From Myxococcota bacterium (GTDB lineage: Bacteria > Myxococcota_A > UBA9160 > UBA4427): 64,000 nucleotides of DNA. The stretch is taken from contig OZ252299.1 in assembly GCA_965250285.1 (NCBI GenBank), forward strand, positions 1 to 64,000, given 5' to 3'. The position numbers and the translations under genes are program-made. Under the pieces are notes generated by a model. The model worked only from the letters and a program-made list of their open reading frames with translations, searched no databases and was not told the origin of the DNA. This document shows, one piece after another, positions 1 to 7,440 of this stretch (positions are counted from its first letter, which is position 1; every line of letters starts with the position of its first letter).

Positions 1-1635
1 GTCGTCCATGTCGAGGTCGACGTCGGGGGCGGCGTCCATCGGCGTCACACCCGTGGCACCGGCGGTGGCCACCCGGGCCGTCGGGTCGCTCTCGAGGATC
101 GCGTCGAGCTCGTCGTCTGAGAGGCCCGAGCTGAGCGTGATCTGGGTCGAGGCCTGCTCGCCGTTCGCGGGGTTCATCGCGGTCACGTTCACGATGCCAT
201 CGGCGTTGATCTCGAACGTGACGTCGATCTGCACCTCACCGCGCGGCGCCGGCTCGAAGCCGCTGAACGCGAACTGGCCGAGCAGCTCGTTGCCGTCGCT
301 CTGGCGGTCGTCGCCCTGGTAGACCTTGATGATCACGCTCTCCTGCATGTCCTGGATCGTCGTGAACGAGCGGGTCTGTTCGATCGGCACCGGCGTATTG
401 CGCTCGATGATCGGCTCGGCGAGGCCGCCGGCCACGCCGATCCGCAGGTCGAGGGGCGTCACGTCGAGCAGCATCGAATCCTGGCTCTCGGCGCCCACCA
501 GCGAGGCGGCGTGGATCGCGGCGCCCATGGCGACGACCTGGTCGGGATCGACGTCCGACTTCGGCTCTTGCTGGAAGTAGGTCTTCACCGACTCACGAAT
601 GACCGGCAGCCGCGTCGGACCGCCGACCAGGATCACGCCATCGAGATCGCGGGTCGTGAGGTCGCTCTGCTGCAGAGCCTCGTCGCAGACCTTGAACGTC
701 CGCTGGATCAGATCCTGCACGAGACTCGAGAACTCGGCCTGGCTGATCGTGCGCTCGAGGCCATGGGTGTTGCCCGCTTCGTCAGTGAGCACGTCGTCGA
801 GGCGAACGTGCACCTCGTCGTCGACGCTGAGCCCGTTCTTGGCCTTCTCGGCCGCGACCTTGAGCTTCTCGAACGCGAAGGGGTCGTTGCGCGGGTTGAC
901 GCCCGTCTTCGCGATGAACTCGTCGGCGAGCAGGTCGAGAATGCGATCATCGAAGTCGTCGCCGCCGAGAAACGTGTCACCGCAGGTGGCGAGCACCTCG
1001 AAGACGTCGCGGCCGATCTCGAGCACCGAGATATCGAACGTGCCACCGCCCAGGTCGTAGACGGCGACGCGCTGATTGAGCGACTTGCCGAAGCCGTAGG
1101 CGAGGGCCGCGGCCGTCGGCTCGTTGAGGATCCGGAGCACGTCGAGGCCGGCGATGCGACCCGCGTCCTTCGTGGCCTGGCGCTGGTTGTCGTTGAAGTA
1201 GGCGGGCACCGTGATGACCGCCTTCTGGACGGGCTCGCCGAGCTTCTGCTCTGCGATCTGCTTCATCTCGCGCAGCACCATCGCCGAGATCTCGGGCAGC
1301 GAGAACTCTTCGTTGCGAATCTGGATGCGGACGCTGTGGTTCGGGCCCTCGACGATCTCGTAGGCGAAGATCGCCTTGGCCTTCTTCACCTCTTCACTGA
1401 ACGAGTACCGGCCGATCAGGCGCTTCGCGCTGCTCACGGTATTGCAGGGGTCGTGGATCACGTTGGCCTTGGCCTGGTTGCCCACGCTGATGTCGCCGCC
1501 CTCGGAGAACGCGACCACGCTGGCGGTCGTGTGCTCGCCATACGCATTGGGCATCACGTCGACGTTGCCCTCGCGCATGACCGCGACGCACGAGTTGCTC
1601 GTGCCCAGGTCGATCCCGACAGCCGTTTCCGCCAT
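1..1635 (-). CDS. dnaK: Hsp70/DnaK-family chaperone, probably a paralogue; runs off the left edge
   Basis: Not in the ORF track because it has no stop in the window. My translation from ATG at 1635 gives MAETAVGIDLGTSNSCVAV..., with AVITVPAYFNDNQRQATKDAGRIAGL, INEPTAAALAYG, VYDLGGGTFDISVL, LVGGPTR and APRGEVQIDVTFEINADGIV. Confidence 0.92.
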   Translation of the reverse strand, partial: MAETAVGIDLGTSNSCVAVMREGNVDVMPNAYGEHTTASVVAFSEGGDISVGNQAKANVIHDPCNTVSSAKRLIGRYSFSEEVKKAKAIFAYEIVEGPNHSVRIQIRNEEFSLPEISAMVLREMKQIAEQKLGEPVQKAVITVPAYFNDNQRQATKDAGRIAGLDVLRILNEPTAAALAYGFGKSLNQRVAVYDLGGGTFDISVLEIGRDVFEVLATCGDTFLGGDDFDDRILDLLADEFIAKTGVNPRNDPFAFEKLKVAAEKAKNGLSVDDEVHVRLDDVLTDEAGNTHGLERTISQAEFSSLVQDLIQRTFKVCDEALQQSDLTTRDLDGVILVGGPTRLPVIRESVKTYFQQEPKSDVDPDQVVAMGAAIHAASLVGAESQDSMLLDVTPLDLRIGVAGGLAEPIIERNTPVPIEQTRSFTTIQDMQESVIIKVYQGDDRQSDGNELLGQFAFSGFEPAPRGEVQIDVTFEINADGIVNVTAMNPANGEQASTQITLSSGLSDDELDAILESDPTARVATAGATGVTPMDAAPDVDLDMDD

Positions 1636-1923
1636 GTCTGCTTGACCCCTCTGTGCGCCCCGGCAGCGTGCAGCCGAGGTGTGCGTCCCCGACGCCGAGC
1701 GTGCAATCGCACGCACCGGCGCCCTGCGGGGGGACTCCCTCTCTCTCCTTACTTCGGCCAGTCGGAGGGCTGGCTGAACGACTGTGCACGCTCGGCGGGG
1801 CCGATTGGCCGCGAGGGGAGCCCGGTGCTAAACGCAGGGGCCCGAACGAATTTTCGGGCCTGCCCGGGGCGGATCGCCGCCGCCTGGGCGGCCCCGGAGC
1901 CAGCTTCCCCGCGAGGAAACTCC

Positions 1924-2670
1924 ATGTCCGGTCACTCGAAATGGTCGACGATCAAGCGCAAGAAAGGCGCGCTCGACGCCAAGCGCGGGAAGATCTTCAC
2001 CAAGCTGATTCGCGAGCTGCAGACCGCGGCGCGGATCGGCGGCGGTGACCCCGACACGAACCCGCGGCTGCGCCTGGTGGTCGACAAGGCCAAGCAGGCC
2101 AACATGCCCAAGGACAACATCCAGCGCGCGATCGACAAGGGCGCCGGCGGTGGCGAGGGCGAGTCGTTCGACGAGGTCGTGTACGAGGGCTACGGGCCCG
2201 GCGGCGCGGCGATCTTCATCGAGACGCTGACCGACAACAAGAACCGCACCGTCGCCGACGTGCGCCACGTCCTCTCGAAGAACGGCGGCAATCTCGGCGC
2301 GTCGGGCTCGGTCGCGTACCTCTTCGAGAAGCGGGGGCTGCTGAGCTTCGAACGCGACGGCGTCGACGGCGACGCGCTCATGGAGGCAGCGCTCGAGGCC
2401 GGTGCCGACGACATCGTCGAGAGCGACGACGCGATCGACGTCGTCACCACGCCGGGCGACTTCGAATCGGTGAAGACGGCGGTCGCCGAGGCGGGCTTCG
2501 AGCCGGCCAACGCCGAGGTCACGATGGAGGCGAGCACGAAGGTCGCGCTGACGGGCAAGGACGCCGAGCAGATGCTGCGTCTCGCCGATGCGCTCGAAGA
2601 CCTCGACGACGTGCAGAACTTCTACGCGAACTTCGACATCAGCGACGAAGAGCTGGCCCAGCTCGCGTAG
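1924..2670 (+). CDS. yebC: YebC/PmpR family protein
   Basis: MSGHSKWSTIKRKKG...YEGYGPGG...LEDLDDVQNFYANF. GAGG upstream of ATG 1924. Canonical position before ruvC. Confidence 0.96.
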   Translation: MSGHSKWSTIKRKKGALDAKRGKIFTKLIRELQTAARIGGGDPDTNPRLRLVVDKAKQANMPKDNIQRAIDKGAGGGEGESFDEVVYEGYGPGGAAIFIETLTDNKNRTVADVRHVLSKNGGNLGASGSVAYLFEKRGLLSFERDGVDGDALMEAALEAGADDIVESDDAIDVVTTPGDFESVKTAVAEAGFEPANAEVTMEASTKVALTGKDAEQMLRLADALEDLDDVQNFYANFDISDEELAQLA

Positions 2671-2675
2671 CTCTC

Positions 2676-2970
2676 GGCTTCACCAGGACGCGGGACCGCG
2701 GGATCGCGAGAAACCTGGCGCGCGAGTACAGACGATCTTCGCGCTCGCGAACCTCTATGCGATGCGACCCAAGCCGACGCGACCGGAAGCGAGTGCTGCG
2801 CTGTGACCGAAGCATCCCGAGGCCGGGGCAGGCGGGGGTACCGCGCGCAGTTCGCAGGCGCGACGTGCGCGACATACGTGCTTCCCAGGAAGGTCGCGCC
2901 GAGAATGTCTGAGCACGGTGCCCCCGCCTGACCCGGCCCGAGCACGGCGGGCCGTGCAGACGTGCCCCAG
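2676..2970 (+). mobile_element. IS5-family right-end relic (degraded transposase tail, hairpin unit, terminal IR-like end)
   Basis: Encodes ...QTIFALANLYAMR...*, homologous to 7018-7147. Ends GTGCAGACGTGCCC-CAG, similar to the end of the second copy. Confidence 0.65.
2821..2938. repeat. ~120-bp long imperfect palindrome, copy 1
   Basis: ggccggggcaggcgggggtacc...ggtgcccccgcctgacccggcc outer stem and ggcgcgac/gtcgcgcc inner stem. Similar copies at ~7162-7279 and ~7297-7409. Confidence 0.85.
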
Positions 2971-3092
2971 GCCCGCACGACCGCGACCTCCCTGAGCGCT
3001 CGGGCTTTCGCCTCGCTTGCGCCTCGGCGCCATGCCCCTCATTCTCTCCGCGAGCGCGCGGGCCTCTCGCGCCGCGCGCCGGGGGGATCCGC

Positions 3093-3659
3093 ATGCGAAT
3101 TCTGGGCGTCGACCCGGGTTCGTCGGTCACCGGGTTCGGCGTGATCGAACGGGCCGGCTCGGGTCGCCGTGGCTTCGTCCACGTCGCGCACGGCACCCTG
3201 CGCACACCGCGCGGCGCCTCCCTCCCCGAGCGGCTCGAATCGATTCGCAGTCGCCTGTGTGACGTGGTCGCCGAGCACCGGCCCGACATCGCGGTGGTCG
3301 AGCGCGTCTTCGTGCACGCCAACGTGCGCTCGGCGCTCGTGCTGGGTCAGGCGCGCGGCGTCGTGCTGGCCGCCATGGCCGCCGGGGGCATCGAGGTCGA
3401 AGAGGTCGCCCCGCGCGAGGTGAAGAAGGCGGTCACCGGCACCGGCGACGCCGACAAGGCCCAGGTGAAGCAGATGGTGGCGCGGCTGCTCGGTCTCGAG
3501 CGCGAGCCGCCCAGCGATGCAGCCGATGCCCTCGCGCTGGCCCTGCACCGCGCCCAGGCCGGACGCCTTGCCGGCCTCGACGTGCGCACCCGCGCGCGAC
3601 GTCGCAGCCGCCGTGATCTCGCAGCGCTGGTCGAAGCAAGGGAGACCCCCCCGCGATGA
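3093..3659 (+). CDS. ruvC: Holliday junction resolvase RuvC
   Basis: MRILGVDPGS, VERVF, LGQARG, VKKAVTGTG.ADKAQV, DAADALALA. Confidence 0.96.
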   Translation: MRILGVDPGSSVTGFGVIERAGSGRRGFVHVAHGTLRTPRGASLPERLESIRSRLCDVVAEHRPDIAVVERVFVHANVRSALVLGQARGVVLAAMAAGGIEVEEVAPREVKKAVTGTGDADKAQVKQMVARLLGLEREPPSDAADALALALHRAQAGRLAGLDVRTRARRRSRRDLAALVEARETPPR

Positions 3660-3925
3660 TCGGTCGAGTCGAAGGCGTCCTGCTCCGTATCGCACTCTTG
3701 GTCACGCCCAGCCTCGACGAGGGGGAGCGCCCGCAATGATCGGTCGAGTCGAAGGCGTCCTGTTCCGTATCGCACTCTTGGTCACGCCCAGCCTCGACGA
3801 GGGGGAGCGCCCGCAATGATCGGTCGAGTCGAAGGCGTCCTGCTCCGTTTCGCACTCTCGGTCACGCCCAGCCTCGACGAGGGGGAGCGCCCGCAATGAT
3901 CGGTCGAGTCGAAGGCGTCCTGCTC
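3656..3925 (+). repeat. 3 x 80-bp tandem repeat plus 30 bp of the ruvA start; each unit is a 27-aa mini-ORF
   Basis: Units begin at 3656, 3736 and 3816 and differ at only 1-3 nt. Each reads MIGRVEGVL(L/F)R(I/F)AL(L/S)VTPSLDEGERPQ* with its TGA overlapping the next ATG. Confidence 0.95.
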
Positions 3926-4507
3926 GAGCGCGAGCCCTCCCATGCGCTCGTCGACGTGAACGGCGTCGGCTACGAGCTGCTCATCTCACTGCGCACCTTC
4001 GAGCAGCTGCCCGAGCCGGGCAAGACCGTCGCGCTGCACGTGCGCACCGTCGTGCGTGAAGACGCGATCACGCTCTTCGGCTTCGCTTCGGGGCTCGAGC
4101 GGCGCACGTTCGATCTGCTGCTGCGCGCGAGTCGCGTGGGGCCGAAGCTCGCGCAGGCGATCCTGTCGGGCGTCGAGCCCGCGCTGTTGCTGCGCGCGCT
4201 GCGCGACGGCGAGGTGGCGGTGCTGAAGCGCTCGCCGGGCGTCGGCCCCAAGCTCGCCGAGCGCATGGCCCTCGAGCTGCGCGATCGCGCGGCCGACGAG
4301 CTGAAGATCGGCGCGCCCGACGCGGCGGAGGGCTCCATCGACGCCCCCGCTGAGGATGTCTCGACGCAGCTGCTCTCGGCGCTGCTCAACCTCGGCTATC
4401 CCCGCGCCCAGGCCGAAAAGGTCGCCGACAAGGCGGTGCGTGAGGCCGGCGCCGAAGCCAGCCTCGAGTCGGCGATCCGCGTCGCGCTGAAGCACCTCGC
4501 GCCGTAA
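3896..4507 (+). CDS. ruvA: Holliday junction branch migration protein RuvA
   Basis: VDVNGVGYE, VREDAITLFGF, VGPKLAQAIL, PGVGPKLAERMALEL, ALLNLGY. Confidence 0.95.
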   Translation: MIGRVEGVLLEREPSHALVDVNGVGYELLISLRTFEQLPEPGKTVALHVRTVVREDAITLFGFASGLERRTFDLLLRASRVGPKLAQAILSGVEPALLLRALRDGEVAVLKRSPGVGPKLAERMALELRDRAADELKIGAPDAAEGSIDAPAEDVSTQLLSALLNLGYPRAQAEKVADKAVREAGAEASLESAIRVALKHLAP

Positions 4508-4542
4508 CGCGGCTCGCTCACCTCCGCTCAACCGATCGCGCG

Positions 4543-4607
4543 CCCGGTTCGCCCGGGCCGACACAGGGTCGACCCGGTTCGCCCGGGCCGACACAGGGTC
4601 GACCCGG
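4543..4607. repeat. 2 x 30-bp tandem hairpin repeat between convergent ruvA and csp; possible terminator or REP-like element
   Basis: cccggttcgcccgggccgacacagggtcga occurs twice. Each copy has a cccgg/ccggg stem, and a gggtcgaccc palindrome spans the junctions. Confidence 0.75.
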
Positions 4608-4629
4608 GCGGGTGGGACGTTCGCCCGAC

Positions 4630-5094
4630 CTAGCCGGCGAGCGACTCGCAGGCCTCGGCGCAGGTCTGGCAGGCCTCGAGGCAGGCCTTGCACTCGGCGT
4701 GCTTGTCGGCGTGCGGCTCGCAGGCCTTCGCGCAGTCAGCACAGAACGCGCCGCACACGGCGGCGAGCTCGCGCGTGCGCTCGCTCGGCTTCGTCTCCGA
4801 AGCGGCCACCGCGTTCATGGCGAGCACCACGGCCTGCATGCGGTTCGCGCTCGCGAGGCACTCGGCGAGCGAGGTGTCTCCGTCGCCCAGCAGCTCGATG
4901 CAGTGACGAATGCAGTCGCCGGCGGCCGCGTCGCAGTCGGCCGTGGTGACCCGCACCTTCGTGAGCTTCGGGTCGATGGCGCCGTGGTGGCCGTGGCCAC
5001 CGTGGTCGGCGTGAGACGCGGCGGCGGTCTGACCCGCGACGCCGGCCGCGGCCAGTCCAGCCGCGGCGCTGATGACGAATTCTCTTCGGTCCAT
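4630..5094 (-). CDS. Tat-exported four-helix-bundle copper storage protein (Csp1/2-like)
   Basis: MDRREF twin-Arg signal, His-rich linker, 13 Cys mostly in CxxC/CxxxC repeats (CGAFCADCAKAC, CKACLEACQTCAEAC). GGGAGG RBS. Confidence 0.88.
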   Translation of the reverse strand: MDRREFVISAAAGLAAAGVAGQTAAASHADHGGHGHHGAIDPKLTKVRVTTADCDAAAGDCIRHCIELLGDGDTSLAECLASANRMQAVVLAMNAVAASETKPSERTRELAAVCGAFCADCAKACEPHADKHAECKACLEACQTCAEACESLAG

Positions 5095-5231
5095 GATGGA
5101 TCCTCCCGGATCTCCTGCCCGCGCGACCATCGCGTCGGTGCAGGGATCTCGTTCGATGAATCGAGTCGCAGTGCGCGCCGGGTGGGTCACCGACGCGTGA
5201 GCGTCAGGTGGGTCACCGACGCGCGGGCGTC
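5095..5231 (-). promoter_or_regulatory. Structured intercistronic RNA: 2 x 25-bp double-hairpin repeat and hairpins next to the csp RBS
   Basis: ggtgggtcaccgacgcg(t/c)g(a/g)gcgtc at 5181-5205 and 5207-5231. On the mRNA, gatccctgc/gcaggagatc and gatcc-ggga-ggatc stems compete around the SD. Confidence 0.55.
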
Positions 5232-5672
5232 TCAATTCAGCAGAACGACCGTGTTCTCGGCGAAGCCGGGATAGGGGGGTGGGATCCAGTGCGCGCGGCT
5301 GCCCGCGGTGGCCGTCGCCGGGGCCGGGCCCGTCCACGGATGCGGCGGGAGCGCGAGCCAGGTCGCGTGGGCATTTGGCTCGAACGTCGCCTGGGCCGGC
5401 GGGACGCTCTCGGCGAGGCCATCGCAGCCATCACACTCGCAGTCGGCCATCGGCGGACTGCTCGGGTCCGCATCGATCGGCGCCTCGGCGTGGCAGGGCG
5501 GCGTCGAATGCGCGTGGGCGCTCGGTTCGCTGGGACCGACGGGGCTGCCTGCGTCACCGGACACGCGGCAGTGCGGGCAAGCGAAGCCGAGCACGAGGAG
5601 TGCGACCACCCAGGTCGTGGCGACCCGGGCGAGGCGGCGTGCGCGGTGCGTGTTCGAGGCAGTCTGCGTCAT
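5232..5672 (-). CDS. Cys/His-rich signal-bearing protein with Pro-rich C-terminus (DUF2946/CutF-like candidate)
   Basis: Hydrophobic N-terminal segment, CPHC, HAH..PPCH, CECDGC, terminal WIPPPYPGFAENTVVLLN. Directly upstream of csp. Alternative start at 5708. Confidence 0.65.
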   Translation of the reverse strand: MTQTASNTHRARRLARVATTWVVALLVLGFACPHCRVSGDAGSPVGPSEPSAHAHSTPPCHAEAPIDADPSSPPMADCECDGCDGLAESVPPAQATFEPNAHATWLALPPHPWTGPAPATATAGSRAHWIPPPYPGFAENTVVLLN

Positions 5673-5885
5673 GACTCGATCGAGAAGGTAGGGCAGGGCG
5701 GTCCACATGGACCGCCGACGTGATTTGGAAGCCCGGCCGCGCCTCCGGGTTCCATCGGCACCCGGGCGGCGGCGCTGGATCGGCCGGCCCTCTCGAGCGC
5801 CTCAGCCGCCCGGCGCCGAGCGATTCCAGTCGGACTGCGATATGACACGGGTTGCCCCCCGCGCACGCCCCACCGGGAGAGTCGC

Positions 5886-6908
5886 ATGCCGGTCGAGAAC
5901 GAGTCCGCCCGAGACACCGTCGACCCCGGTCTGCACGACGGCGAGCGCAATCAGGAAGACTCGCTTCGCCCGCAGCAGCTCGACGAGATGATCGGGCAGG
6001 ACAGGCTGCGCGAGAACCTCGAGGTCTTCGTCGGAGCCGCGCGTCGGCGCGACGAGGCCCTCGACCACCTGCTCTTTCACGGCCCGCCGGGGCTCGGCAA
6101 GACGTCGCTCGCGCGCATCGTCGCCGCCGAGATGGCTGCGCCGTTTCGCGCGACGAGCGGGCCTGCGATCGAGCGGCCGGGCGACCTCGCGGCGCTGCTC
6201 TCGAACGTCGAGGCGGGCGAGGTGCTCTTCATCGACGAGATCCACCGGCTCTCGCCCACGGTCGAAGAGATCCTCTACCCGGCGATGGAGGATTTTCAGC
6301 TCGACATCCTGATCGGCGAAGGGCCGAGCGCGCGCAGCGTGCGCCTCGATCTCCCGCGCTTCACGCTGGTGGGCGCGACGACGCGCGCAGGTCTGCTGAC
6401 GTCGCCCCTGCGCGACCGCTTCGGCTGGACGGCTCGCCTCGAGTACTACCCGGTGCCCGATCTCGAGCGCATCGTGCGGCGCAGCGGCCGGCTGCTCGGC
6501 GTCGAGGTCGAGATCGATGCGGCCGGCGAGATCGCCTCGCGCTCGCGGGGCACGCCGCGCATCGCCAATCGCCTGCTGCGCCGGGTGCGCGACTTCGCCG
6601 AGATGCGCGACGGGGTGGGCAAGGCGGTCGGGCTCGAGACCGCGCGCTACGCCCTCGATCGCCTCGAGGTCGACGAGGCCGGCTTCGACCGCCTCGACCG
6701 GCGACTGCTCGAAGCGCTGATCGACAAGTTCGACGGCGGGCCGGTGGGGCTCGCGACGCTGGCCGCCGCGGTCGGCGAGGACGAGGGCACGCTCGAAGAC
6801 ATCGTCGAGCCGTTTCTGATTCACCACGGCTATCTCGACCGCACGCCGCGCGGCCGCGTCGCCACGGCGCGCGCCATCGAGTTCTGGAAGGCGGGCGACG
6901 GCACCTGA
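5886..6908 (+). CDS. ruvB: Holliday junction branch migration ATPase RuvB
   Basis: [52 protein letters not shown]. Confidence 0.97.
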   Translation: MPVENESARDTVDPGLHDGERNQEDSLRPQQLDEMIGQDRLRENLEVFVGAARRRDEALDHLLFHGPPGLGKTSLARIVAAEMAAPFRATSGPAIERPGDLAALLSNVEAGEVLFIDEIHRLSPTVEEILYPAMEDFQLDILIGEGPSARSVRLDLPRFTLVGATTRAGLLTSPLRDRFGWTARLEYYPVPDLERIVRRSGRLLGVEVEIDAAGEIASRSRGTPRIANRLLRRVRDFAEMRDGVGKAVGLETARYALDRLEVDEAGFDRLDRRLLEALIDKFDGGPVGLATLAAAVGEDEGTLEDIVEPFLIHHGYLDRTPRGRVATARAIEFWKAGDGT

Positions 6909-6962
6909 GGGCCGCTGCTCAGGTTTGCGCGCCGTCGCGCGTCCGGCGCGAGGGATGCTCCG

Positions 6963-7440
6963 TATCACGGACACGCGCGCGTGGTGCGCACGCGTTCCGC
7001 ATCGTGAAGCAACTCTGGGGCTTCCAGCAGACGCGCTACCGGGGGATCGCAAAGAACCTGGCCCGGGCGCAGACGATGTTCGCGCTCGCGAACCTCCACG
7101 CCGTGCGACACAAGCTCATGCCACCGGCAGCAAACGCTGCGCTCTGACGGAAGCGTCCCGAGGCCGGGGCAGGCGGGGGTACCGCGCGCAGTTCGCAGGC
7201 GCGACGTGCGCACCATACGAGCTTCCCAGTCAGGTCGCGCCGAGAATGTCTGAGCACGGTGCCCCCGCCTGCCCCGGCCCTGGCACGGCGGACCGAGGCA
7301 GGCCGGGAGACCGCGCGCAGATCGCAGGCGCGACGGGCGCAACAAACGAGCTTCCCAGGCAGGTCGCGCCGAGAATGTCTGAGCACGGTGCCCCCGCCTG
7401 CCCCGGCCCTGGCAAGGCAGACCGTGCACAGGTTCCCTAG
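6963..7440 (+). mobile_element. IS5-family (IS5 subgroup) relic: transposase C-terminal fragment, two hairpin units and right end at CTAG
   Basis: SRTRARGAHAFRIVKQLWGFQQTRYRGIAKNLARAQTMFALANL resembles the IS5 tail R..VEH.F..IK..FGF...RY.G..KN....F.LANL, with the catalytic Glu lost. Ends GTGCACAGGTTCC followed by CTAG. Confidence 0.75.
7162..7409. repeat. Two tandem copies of the ~120-bp long palindrome unit
   Basis: aggtcgcgccgagaatgtctgagcacggtgcccccgcctg is identical in all three copies. The second copy here has a degenerate 5' arm. Confidence 0.85.

Noticed and set aside
511..1923. Long + strand ORF fused in frame to yebC
   Set aside because: It is the well-known antisense shadow frame of Hsp70 genes. 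yebC has its own RBS and ATG at 1924.
3656..3925. CRISPR array interpretation of the 30-bp repeat with 50-bp gaps
   Set aside because: The intervening sequences are near-identical rather than unique, the repeat is the ruvA start, and there are no cas genes.
2676..7440. Composite transposon carrying the ruv genes
   Set aside because: Both relics are right ends in the same orientation with no left end or intact transposase, and yebC-ruvC is the native gene order.
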